DNA from: Hemiscyllium ocellatum
Taxonomy: Eukaryota
Assembly (NCBI RefSeq): GCF_020745735.1
Contig: NC_083435.1
Span: 36,109,090 to 36,173,089 of the forward strand
Direction of reading: 5' to 3'
DNA length: 64,000 nucleotides
In this document: one piece after another, positions 1 to 11,077 of the stretch
Layout of the letters: the number at the start of each line of letters is the position of its first letter
How positions within the stretch are numbered: the first letter of the stretch is position 1
Notes under the pieces: model-generated
The model's input: the letters and a program-made list of their open reading frames with translations, nothing else
What the model was told of the DNA's origin: nothing
Database searches by the model: none
Made by a program: the position numbers and the translations under genes

Positions 1-1624
1 GGTGCCACTGTTTAAGAAGGGTGGTAAGGACAAGCCAGAGAACTATAGACCGGTAAGCCTGACCTCGGTGGTGGGAAAGTTGTTGGAGGGAATCCTGAAG
101 GACAGGATGTACATGCATTTGGAAAGTCAAGGACTGATTCGGGATAGTCAACATGACTTTGTGCGTGAGAAATCATATTTCACAAACTTGATTGAGTTTT
201 TTGAGGAAGTATCAAAGAAGATTGATGAGGGCAAAACGGTAGATGTAATCAGTAAGGCGTTCGACAAGGTTCCCTACGGGAGACTGGTGAGCAGGGTTAG
301 ATCTCACCGAATACAGGGAGAACTAGCATTTGGATACAGAACTGGCCCAAAGGTCGAAGACAGAGGGTGATGGTGGAGGGTTGTTTTTCAGACTGGAGGT
401 CTGTGACCAGTGGAGTGCCACAAGGATTGGTGCTGAGTCCTCTACTTTTTGTCATTTACATAAATGATTTGGATGCGAGCATAAGAGTTACAGTTAGCAA
501 GTTTGCAAATGACAGCAAAATTGGAGGTGAAGTGGACAGCAAAGAGGGTTACCTCAGATTACAACAGGATCTTGAACAGATGGGCCAATGGGCTGAGAAG
601 TGGCAGATGGAGTTTAATTCAGCTAAATGCAAGGTGCTGCATTTTGGGAAAGCAAATCTTAGCAGGATTTATACACTTAATGGTAAAGTCCGAGAGAGTG
701 TTGCTGAACAAAGAGACCTTGGAGTGCAGGTTCATCGCTTCTTGAAAGTGGAATTGCAGATAGATAGGATAGTGAAGAAGGCGTTTGGTATGCTTTCTTT
801 CGTTAGTCCGAGTACTGACTACAGGAGTTGGGAGGTCATGTTGTGGCTGTACAGGACATTGGTTAGGCCACTGTTGGAATATTGCATGCAATTCTGATCT
901 CCTTCCTGTCGGAAAGATGTTGTGAAACTTGATAGGATTCATAAAAGATTTACAAGGATGTTGCCATGATTCGAGGATTTTAGCTATAGGGAGAGGCTGA
1001 ACAGGCTGGGGTTGTGTTTCCTGGAGCGTCGGAGGCAGAGTGATGATGTTATAGAACATAGAACATTACAGCGCAGTACAGGCCCTTCGGCCTTCGATGT
1101 TGCGCCGACCTGTCATACCGATCTGAAGCCCATCTAAACTACGCTATTCTATGGACGTCCATATGCTTGTCCAATGACGACTTAAGTGTACTTAAAGTTG
1201 GCAAATCTACTACCGTTGCAGGAAAAGCATTCCATACCCTGACCACTGTCTGAGTAAAGAGGTTTACAGAGGTTTACAAAATTATGAGGGGCATGGATAG
1301 GGTAAACAGGCAAAGTCTTTTCCCTGTTTAGAGGGCATAGGTTTAGGGTTAGAGGGGAAAGATATAAAAGAGACCTAAGGGGCAACATTTTCACATAGAG
1401 GGTGGTACGGGTATGGAATGAGCTGCCAGAGAAAGTGGTAGAGGCTGGTACAATTACAACATTTAAGGGGCATTTGGATGGGTATATGAATAGGAAGGGT
1501 TTGGAGGGATATGGGCCAGGTGTTGGTAGGTGGGACTAGATTGGGTTGGGATATCTGGCCGGCATGGACGGGTTGGACCGAAGGGTCTGTTTCCATGCTG
1601 TACATCTCTATGACTCTATGACTC
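1..1624 (+). mobile_element. CR1/HER1-like LINE, 3' part of ORF2 (reverse transcriptase) plus 3' tail; disrupted
   Basis: ORFs 2-370 and 367-897 carry CR1 RT motifs (NYRPVSLTSVVGKLLE, SKAFDKVP, SGVPQG-LSPLLFVIYINDLD, KFAND). Ends in a ctctatga tandem tail near 1606-1624. Contains stops and frameshifts. Confidence 0.93.
1049..1259 (-). mobile_element. Nested inverted CR1/HER1 3'-end fragment
   Basis: agaacatagaacattacagcgcagtacaggcccttcggcc is the reverse complement of a CR1 3' tail. It interrupts the host CR1 ORF. Confidence 0.75.
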
Positions 1625-1800
1625 CTTTACCCTTGAATCCCTCTGCACTGTGCTGTGTGAATGTGGTTCGTTAATGCGGAGGGTGATTGAAACCTGGGTC
1701 CAATGAGTGAGAGTGAATGTTTCAGAGTGTGTAATTTTATCTTTCTTTCCATTTCAAACATTTTTTTTTATTTTCTCTGCTTTGGACATCTCTGTTCCAG

Positions 1801-1811
1801 CTTCGTCATAA
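1801..1811 (+). CDS. Terminal coding exon (T-S-S-stop) of an upstream MHC class I-like paralog (gene 0)
   Basis: ttccag|CTTCGTCATAA. The surrounding 1625-2350 is homologous to the last intron, last exon and 3' minisatellite of gene 1 (20600-21130) and gene 2 (54900-55900). Confidence 0.65.
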
Positions 1812-1870
1812 TTTAGGAAATGAAATGTCAATTTCTCTCTGTAGACTTATTTGGAACATTTTCACTCCTG

Positions 1871-2250
1871 TCCTGACCCTGTCCCACCCTCCCAGTCACT
1901 GTTAAACCCTGTCAGACTAATTCCCCTCCCCTCCTGACCCTGTACCACCCTCCCAGACACTGTTAAATCCTGTCAGACTAATTCCCCTCCCCTCCTGACC
2001 CTGTCACATCCTCCCAAACACCTTTAAAACCTGTCTGACTAATTTCATCCCTCTCCTTGCCCTGTCTCACCCTCACAGATACTGGTACAGCTGTAGCAGT
2101 CCTATTGACAGTCCAATTTCACTCCCCTCCTGACTTTGTCTCACCTTCCCAGACACTGTTAATGCTGTCAGACTGATTTCAGTCTCCTCCTGGCCCTGCC
2201 TCACCCTCCCGGACACTGTTAATACCTGCCAATCTAATTCCCCTCCCCTT
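1871..2250 (+). repeat. 61-bp minisatellite, ~6 degenerate copies, 3' of gene 0
   Basis: Unit ccctcccagacactgttaaaccctgtcagactaattcccctcccctcctgaccctgtccca; same family as 20838-21025 and 55130-55800. Confidence 0.85.
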
Positions 2251-3059
2251 CCCTCCCGGAAACGATTACCTTGTTTCTGTCCATTCCTGACCTCGTGGGT
2301 TCCCTGGGATCCACTTCAGGATATTCCAGGTGTTAGATTAAGGAATGGCGGGATTCTCATGTTCCAGTCCGTGCTTCAGTGCGTCCTTTCGGAAGGATCT
2401 GAATGAGTGTGAAGAGAGGGCCAGGCAGCTGCTGGGAATCAGGAATACTTCACTGACTGGTGACCCAGCAGCTATTGGAGGGAGGAAAGGGCAGGCTCAC
2501 CAGCTGAATGTTTCACCCAGGGCTGAGCACACGAGCTTCTGGGCTGGGACAGATGGAGAGGAACCTTCATTGTCAATGTTTCCTTCTGACAGGTGCTGCC
2601 TTTGGACACACTGCCTGGAGGAGGAGGGGGGGGGTGGGGGGGCGGGGAGGGGGAGTCAGTGTCAGCAAATATTGATCATTGCAGTGTGTCATTAATAAAT
2701 AATTGTCAGTGATTGATTTGTCCACATTTTTCATTAATGAATTTCACAAGAAAGGTTTAATTCATTCCCTCAGCAGCTTGTGGCTCTTGGAATCAGCAGA
2801 TGTTGAGCTTCAATTCAATGTGAACTGGGGGAGTGAAGACCATCCAACTCCCCAACAAGCCTTCCCCAAACTAACCAGGAAGCACAGAGTGAGGTTTATT
2901 CAATGTGTGTTCAGAATTGGATGGTTGATAATGTCTGTAAGTCTGCAGTTTTGGAACAAAATAAAATGTACCCACACCCCAGAAGATATCGCACTTTCAC
3001 TTAATGCCTGGCCCAGGCTTGTTGGCTGGGGGAGGGGGGAGGAAGTGAAAATCTACCTT

Positions 3060-3612
3060 TTCCTCCAAACAAACACCCATGCACACCCCCTCTCACACTC
3101 AGACACACACTTGACCAAACCTACACACACTCTTTCACATACACTCACACCCACATGCACACACACACACACACACACATGGGGTGGATCTGCTGTTGCA
3201 GAATTACATTTTTTTTGCTCAAAAACTGCATAAATCCATGTCAGATTCTAAAAGTCCCACTTTAGAAATAAAACTGACTCAACACTGGGACAGACTTTAC
3301 GTTCACATCTTTAATCCATTCTCTGAGCTGGGATAATATCTATTGTTAGATAAACTGAAGCTACCTTCAGAATGTCACTTCAAAGGAGTTTTCGAATTTG
3401 CATATTAAAGAGCTGAAACCATCATGTCCCATCATAAAGGATGCAAGACACAATCTAAGTTTGTTTAATATGTCATTACTCTGTAACCCTTTTGCTATAA
3501 ATTCTGTGTCTTCTGGTCCTGCTCCACAACCACCATTAGAAGGAGCAGTGCTCCGAAAGCTAGTGCTTCCAAATAAACCTGTTGGACTCTAATCTGGTGT
3601 TGTGTGATTTTT
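3060..3612 (+). mobile_element. Penelope-like element fragment with (CA)n tract
   Basis: (CA)n followed by gcagaattacatt...gctcaaaaactgcat, ending in cttccaaataaacctgttggact...ggtgttgtgtgattttt. Related inverted pieces occur at 41640-42200. Confidence 0.55.
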
Positions 3613-4520
3613 AATTCTGAGGGGAAACAGCTTCTGTTTACAAACTGGAAAAACCAGTAATACAACAATCTTTGGAGACTGCCCCCTATTTGTTGAGAAA
3701 TTTGATCCATTGTTTGATGTGAAGCTGCAGAAGCAGAAAACTGGAACAAGTGCAAAGTGATGACCCGGTCCCAGTGAGGGGGAAGCTCCAGCACAGCCAG
3801 GCTGAGGTTCAGGCTCTGAGCCAGGAAGGCTGGGGCTGAGAAGAGGCCTCCCCTCCCCCACCAGCTCAGGAACATCAGGACAGCACTAGGACCCTGGGAT
3901 CCCCCTCTCACAGTAAACATATGGCTCAGTCCTTCCAACTGGGGGAGGTGACGGTACATCAGGATTGTCCCTGGAGCAGGAATCCAGCAACCCAAGTGGA
4001 ACCTCCTCCTCCTACATTGAGTTGTTGAATGACCATGACTGGATGTGGTAGGACAGCAGATCTGATCTGTTGGTTGTGGAATCACTGAGCTCTGTCTCTG
4101 CTGCTCCTGTTGTTTACTGCACACCTCGGCCTGTTCTGTAGCTTCACCGTGGAACACCATCATCTGCAAGTTCCCTCAAAGCCACTCACCATCCTGACCA
4201 TCCATTCCTTCACTGTCACTGGCTCCCAATCTTGGAATTTCCTCCCTCCCTAATGACATTGTGGGTCTGCCTCCAGCACATGGAATGTTCCATGAGGTTC
4301 ACTGGGGAGATGGGTTCTCCCATGACTGCAGGGAACCAGCTGAATCTCCATGCTGGATTCTCTGTACCAGACTCTCACCATCAACTCCCATACTGGATCC
4401 TCTGGAACTAAACGTCCCACACCACTCTCTGTCATTAATCCACTCCATGAAGCCCCCACACCACACTCTTCATTTCTCTCTCTGCACTTCCCTCCCTCCC
4501 CCAGGGTCTGAGTGTCTCCC

Positions 4521-4593
4521 CTGTGACTGCGTCTTGAATTAGACTCAGTACCAGGAAGAACACCAGGGTCCATGGGATTCCCAGCCAGCCCAG
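4521..4593 (-). pseudogene. Dead signal-peptide exon of an unidentified gene ('leader B', copy 1)
   Basis: Minus strand reads (CTG)-GWLGIPWTLVFFLVLSLIQDAVT-G|GGGAGA: 73 nt, phase 1, start codon and GT donor mutated. Confidence 0.5.
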
Positions 4594-4989
4594 GGTTAGC
4601 AGTGACTGATACTGACCTGTGACCCACGAATGGCCTTAACTCTCCCAGGTCACATTGAACTGACCCTCAACAACTGCTGATACGAGGACCCACAAGCTGC
4701 TGAGTGAATGAATTCAACCTTTCTTGGGGAATCATGAAAAATGAACTCAGTCAACAACGGACAATTATTTATTGATGACCAATTACAATTAACAGGGTTT
4801 ATAGTCAGTTTAATGATGTATACAGGAAAAGATTATTTTCCCAATTCTATATTAGCTTTCTAAAAATTATGAAAAATTCCGTATTGGATCCAATTTACAT
4901 GACGCATCCTTTCAGTGCAGTCTGCGGCTCTCTGAGCTGCCTCACTACATTTATAATTGTCGGTTATATTTTACAATATACACATCACA

Positions 4990-5255
4990 TTAATCAGACA
5001 GCCGCAACATGACCTCCCAACTCCTGGACTCTGACCAATAAAGGAAAGCATACCAAACGCCTTCTTTACTTTCCTATCTACCTGCAACTCTACTTTCAAG
5101 AAGCTATGAACCTGCACTCCAAGGTCTCTTTGTTCAGCAACACTCCCGAGGACCTTACCATTAAGTGTATAAGTCCTGCTAAGATTTGCTTTCCCAAAAT
5201 GCAGTACCTCACATTTCTCTGAATTAAACTCCATCTGCTACTCCTCAGCCCTCTT
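4990..5255 (-). mobile_element. CR1/HER1 fragment
   Basis: ORF 4971-5234 (MEFNSEKCEVLHFGKANLSRTYTLNGK) matches the CR1 at 1-1624. Confidence 0.85.
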
Positions 5256-5269
5256 TTTGTCGATTGTAT

Positions 5270-6362
5270 GGAAAGCTCCCCATTACCCTTTCCTTTCACA
5301 GTTTATGGGGCCATCTGTCCAATGATCTGCCTGAAGAACATGACTTGGATTTTTGTGATCTCACTGTTCACCAGGTTTAACACCAAGCACACCTTCTGAA
5401 GTTGATTGAATAATTCTGAGAGATACTCCAAATGATCCTTCCACATGTGTCTGAAAATGACAAGATCATCCAGTACCTGATGAAGGAGCGGCGCTCCGAA
5501 AACGAGTGTGCTTTACACACTGTCCAGCCAACTCGCCCACTCTATTTAATTTCTCCCTAATATTTATCACGTTGTCCAAATATTTCATCTTTGAACTCTT
5601 GACTCTTCAATATTTCCTGAATTAATTTAAATGGTCCTCCCACCTCATGTCCGAATATTAATTGAAATGGACTGAATTGAGCTGATTTATTAGGTACATC
5701 CCAAATTGCAAAAAAATGTACAAATAGAATTCTGTTCTCCCAGTTGTGATGACACTGTGGCATTAAGTGATGGATTTTACCCTGGTTTTTATTGAAGAGA
5801 GATTTGAAGGCAGAGGTACTGAGCAGTCCAGCTGAGCCGTGAGAGTAAACAGCTTGTGAGGCCTTGGGGGTTTTATAAGTTGGAATAATAGACACAGCCT
5901 GAATGACCCTGTGGGGTCAGGCTCCCACAGACCCAGGATGTTTTATATACGTTTCAATAGTTGCTGTTGCGGTTTGAAGATGTGGAACCTCTTTATCCCT
6001 CTCTCAGTTACAGCCAAAAGCTGGGGGTTCCCTTCCTGTTATTGGAGTTGGATGTGAGACAGTCTGTTTTCTAAATTTATATTTTGCCATGGGTGCATTT
6101 ATGAGATATCACTCCATTGGAACAGTTAATTAGTAATAGTTATTGCTTTAATTATCCTATTATATTTTCCAGTAGAGTTGATATTTTGTTGTATTTTAAT
6201 TACAGTGGATGAATAATGTGTGTTCTGCTTCAAATCCGGTAGATGGACTAATAAAACTGCATCTGGAATGCAGCATCTCATGCTGAGTTTTACAATAAGA
6301 AAAAGTTAGTATCCAGACGATCTTCTGAATATGTTAAGGGGGTTTGGTCGGGTTCTTAACAC
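5270..6362. mobile_element. Gypsy/Ty3 relic (minus-strand RT/integrase pieces) plus adjacent LTR-like segment (~5795-6362)
   Basis: Minus ORF 5557-5895 contains FSPFQLIFGHEVGGPFKLIQE (integrase C-terminus). The LTR-like segment has AATAAA and ends ...ttaaca. Duplicated at 32630-33567. Confidence 0.65.
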
Positions 6363-6419
6363 AATCCCCTGAGTGGTCTTGACTGTCTGCCCCCCAGCAT
6401 AGTTTTTAAATCTCAGTGT

Positions 6420-8241
6420 TCCCCAACAGGAAACCCTGGATAACTCAGGATATCCAGAACCTGCTAAAAACCGGGTGTGAGGCCTTCACATTAGGAGACC
6501 CACTCAAATATAAGGAATCCAATTATGACCCTCACAGAGCCATGAAGACAGCCAAGGACCAATACTGATCCAAACTAGAGACCCAGACAGACACCTGACA
6601 ACTATGGCAAGGACTGAATGACATCACAGTGCAAGATAGCAGATGGTGACACATCCCTCCCAGATTGTCTCAACACCTTCTGTATTCGCTTTGGGCAGAA
6701 TTTCGGTGGAGAGGAAACACCTATTCCAACAAGTCCTGATGACCCTCTCCCAACAGTCATTGCATCAGAGGTCAGATCAGTTTTCCTTTGTGTGAATCCA
6801 AGGAAAACGATGGGACCAGACGAAGTACCAGGCCGTGCACTCAGAGCATGCACAGAACAACCGACTGAGGTATTCTCGACATCTACAACCTCTCCCTGGA
6901 GCAGGCCACTGTCCCTGCCGGTTTCAAGACGGCCAACATCATCCCTGTGCCTAAGAATACTCATGCTGCATGTGTCAATGACAACCGCCCAGTGGCCCTA
7001 ACTTTGGTGGACATGAAGTGCTTTGAAAGGCTGGTCATGGCATTAATCAACTCCAGCCTTCCCACAATTCCTGACCCACTCCAATTTGCCTATCAGACCA
7101 ACAGATCCACATCAGATGCCATATCACTTGCCCTTCACTCCTCCCAAGAACATCTTGACACCAAGAACAGCTACGTAAGAATCTTACTCATTGACTACAG
7201 TTCAGGCTTCAACACTAGCATCCCCTGATGACTAAACTTAGTGATCTCAGACTGAGCCCCACTCTCTGCAACTGGATCCTCACTTTCCTGACCCACAGGC
7301 CACAATCAGTGAAGATTGGGAACAATATTTCATCCTCACTAACACGCAACACTGGAGTCTGTACTCAGTCCCCTACTGTATACCCATGACTGCGCCACCA
7401 AATACCAGGCTAATTCCATTTACAAGTCCGCTGATGACACCACCATAGTCGGCCAAATCTCAGATGGCAATGAAACAGACTACAAATGGGAAAGTGAAGA
7501 CCTGGAAAATGGTGCACTGAGAACAACCGAGATCTCAATGCTGGCAATTGCCCCGCCCCAGCACCACACGCACGCACATTAACAGCACAGAGGTGGAACG
7601 AGTGGAGAGTGTCAAGCTCCTGGGAGTGACCATCAACAACAAATTTTCTTGGACTCTTCATGTGGACACACTGGTTACAAAGGCCCAACAATGTCTCTTC
7701 TTCCTCAGACAGCTGAGGAAATTCAGCATGATGTCCATCTTTTATAAGTGTACTAATCAAGAGCATTCTGTCTGGATGTATCACTACCTGGAATGGCAAC
7801 TGTACCATTCAAGATTGGAGATGGTTACAGAGAGTGGTGAACTCAGCCCAGACAATCACAAAGGCCAATCTCCCATCTATAGAATCCATCTACCAGGCCC
7901 ACTGTCAAGGAAAGGCCGCCAGCATTCTCAAAGATCCATCCCACCCTGGCAATGTTTTTCTATAACCTCCTCTACACCCTCTACCATCGGGGGGAAGGTA
8001 GAGAAGCCTGCACACAGGGACCAGCTGGTTACAAAACCGTTTCTACTCTACTGTTGTTAGAATACTGAATGGACTTACAAACTCTTAACATTCGTCTGTC
8101 CCTGTTTTTTCTGTTTTTGCCGCGTAAATGCCTATTATTTACTTATCTATGCTACTTAACTCTGTGATCTGCCTGTATTGCTCACAAGACAAAGCTTTTC
8201 ACTGTGCCTTAGTACACATGACAATAAATTCAATTCAATTT
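6420..8241 (+). mobile_element. Rex1/Babar-type LINE, 5'-truncated and frameshifted
   Basis: ORFs 6618-7001, 6947-7228 and 7548-8060 contain GPDEVPGRALRAC, NRPVALTLVDMKCFERLV, PLQFAYQTNRSTSDAI, VRILLIDYSSGFNT. The 3' end is gacaataaattcaattcaatt. Confidence 0.85.
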
Positions 8242-8279
8242 AAAGTTTGATGTCACTGTTCTAATGCTCCCCCATTTTT

Positions 8280-10600
8280 GGATGGTACACAATTGATTTA
8301 AATTATTTAGATGTCTGAGCTCTTTCTAATTTCCTTGAATAACTTTAATGGAAAATTTGATCCTTGTTCCAATTGCATTTCTACGGGTTGTCTGTAACAA
8401 TGGAAAAAATATTGAGTAATTCTTCTACACTCCTATCAGCCATGCTATCTCATTCTGGAATGGCCTCTGGAAATCTCAGAGACACATCCATTATGGTCAA
8501 CAAATACTGATCCCCACTTTTTGTTTTAGGGCTGGATCTGATGCAATAATTAAAACTTTTGTAAAAGATTCATCAAATGCTGGAATAGGTATGAAAGGTG
8601 TTGGTTTGATTAATAAATGAGTTTTCCAATTCTCTGATATGTCTGACATGTCTGGCAAAATGCAATGACATCTTTCTGCAGTCAAGGTCAAGAAAAGTAG
8701 ACTTCTATTTTTGCTTGAGTTTTCCTTATTCCCAAATGACCTCCTGCTGGTAACTCTCATGGTGCTACCCACAACACCTCCTTTATATCACACACCAGTA
8801 ACACAGCCTGATGAGCTCCTGCCCATTTTTCACCCACATGGTCTCCATTTCCTCATCATCACTTCGTTTTTAAGATAGTGACTTGTGGGATATGTGCAGA
8901 TTTGCCTTTTTGGTTCCACTGTTTTATCTTTCCACTTTTCAATTGTAACTTAGCGAACTTCTCTGAAGCAGAAAATGCCCACTTTGTTCTTCAACTGTAC
9001 TTGCTTTTTCTCAACAACTTGAACAAATATAGTTTCCGATAATTGAATTTTAACTTCCTTATTTTTTTCTCTTTGATCTCTCCTTTTGTTCTACCTGTGG
9101 CTTTGTGACCTTGTTATTACACATTCAGTTAAGATCCCAGGATCTGGAACCAAGAATATCTCTGTTACTCCTCCCATCACTTTCCATCAGACCCTCTAAC
9201 TTAGCCTTACAAGTAAGAACACTACGTTTCACACCATGAACTCCATCTATTCGAGCAATACTCTTTCTAATTACACACCTCCTTATCTCTCCCTAACAAA
9301 GATTGTTGTGCTTTCGTATCTCTGAAAATCTTATTTTTTCCCCCACTCCTCTTGGTAAACATGAGGAAACTTTCCTCACACAAATGTTGCAAAGTTGAGG
9401 AGAATACGTGTGGATTGGAAGGCAGGAAGTTAGAATTTGGAGTATGTAAAATGCGAGGGGTGGATGGGGGAATGCATTGCATGGTCCCTTTAAAAGATTG
9501 TGTGCTTTATCTATGCTTAGAGATTTAAAATGTATGTCCATGAGCAGCAGCTTGAAAGTTTGCACATACACAGACAGCACCCAAACTGACACATTACATC
9601 GAAAGGCCATGCAGATAGCAGGCTAAACACCAGTTTTTTTTTCAATACAGCAGGCCTTTGAATTTAGCCAATTAATTTGAGCAACGATTTAGATACCAAA
9701 AATCTATAAGATTTAAGGCTGATGATTTTAACAACAGAGAACCAATTCTATTGTGTGAAATATTGATATGTAATTAAGGGGATAAAGGAAGGGGGCAGTT
9801 GAATAAAGACCTCAGAGCTAACTGCCCTCCAGCACAGCCAACAGCCCTCAGCTCTCAGGAGAGAATCGCTGGCTCTCACAGCCTCATCTGTGTCTTAGAA
9901 AACCACCATCAAAATAAAAATGGTGCAGCTAGTTAATATTCCTGACTGAAGAATTGTCGGAGGAGGCACAGAACATTCCAGAAGACACGTAACATGGCCG
10001 GAATTTTGAGAGATTAAATTTTTTTATGTATAAATTGGGCTGGTCTTTATTGGAAAAACATGCAATTTGAATCTTGCTGTAGTTGGCAATAGTTAGAAGT
10101 TAATCGGGATTAATTCTGCTTGATTAGTTTCGTTAGTTTGTTCACTGTTAGAGTTAGGTAAATAGATGGTGACGAGTTGATTTTAAAGTGAGTGTCAGGG
10201 ATTTATTTTATTGAACCGCTTGAAGTTGCTGAGAAGCAGGTTACACCACTCGGCACACCCCCTTTTACAGATTATGAGGTGAGGGGCTCCTCTTTGGGCA
10301 TTTCGGTTTAGTTCACAGGGCGGGGGTCTCAACCTCCACTTTATAACACAAGGAAATTCTTTGCAGGTTTAACTCTCTGCTCTTCATCATGAGTTACCAA
10401 TACTTCACAAAGGGAATTCTTGAACTCCAACAAAGTCGTCTCTCCAAGAGTGTGATATGTGTCTGATTTATTTCCATGGCCTTATCCACTTCGTAACGTT
10501 ACTTTGTTTGATCTTTTCAAAATTTGACCAAGTTCTTCCATTAGATTTTGAAACTGTTTTCTTTCAGCTTCTGTACAAGTTCATATGAACATGAGATGGC
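8280..10600 (-). mobile_element. Degenerate L1-clade LINE remnant, interrupted by an LTR-like segment at ~9755-10348
   Basis: Weak resemblance of the minus-strand ORFs (8497-8772, 9293-9610) to an L1 endonuclease region. Duplicated at 34840-36900. Confidence 0.4.
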
Positions 10601-10969
10601 TGTTTTTAGAATAATCGATTCATAGACTCCCTACAGTATGGGGACAGGCCATTTGGCCCAACAAGTCCACCCCGACCCACTGAAGGGTATCCCACAAAGA
10701 CCCCACACCCTGTGTCCTGCCAACGGGAGAAAGGTCAGTTTTCCCTGTGTCTGTTTCACAGCGAGTAACTCAACCTGTCTGTGTCTGATCTCCCTGGGAA
10801 CTGGTGACAGAACCTGTTCATCTCTTTATTGGGTTTTTTTTACTGAGACTGGTTCGGCAGCTTCAAGTTCAGGAAATGATCAAATTACTTTGTCGATCAG
10901 GAAATGATATCATGGTGGAAACAAACGTTTATTTTGGTTATTTTTCTGTTTGTGAACAGCAGATATTTT

Positions 10970-11025
10970 CCAATCACTGTTTTATTCCCAGTCCCTGATG
11001 GGAATAGGGAGAGTGGATTCCCAGA
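10970..11025 (+). promoter_or_regulatory. Proximal promoter/5'UTR of gene 1 with a CCAAT box
   Basis: CCAAT at 10970-10974, 56 bp upstream of the ATG. The block is conserved upstream of gene 2 and, diverged, in the inverted relic at 28870-29050. Confidence 0.5.
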
Positions 11026-11077
11026 ATGTTGCTGATCCTTCTCTCCATCTCCCTGTGTTTTTCCCGGGTCTCTCCCG
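11026..11077 (+). CDS. Gene 1 exon 1: signal peptide MLLILLSISLCFSRVSP
   Basis: Hydrophobic leader ending CCC G|gtaagt. Identical to 37335-37386 and one codon different from 61950-62001. Confidence 0.85.

Noticed and set aside
3495-4169. 224-aa minus ORF duplicated at 28898-29473
   Set aside because: It spans CR1 fragments and the inverted promoter relic, the two copies end differently, and it resembles no protein family I know. The duplication explains its recurrence.
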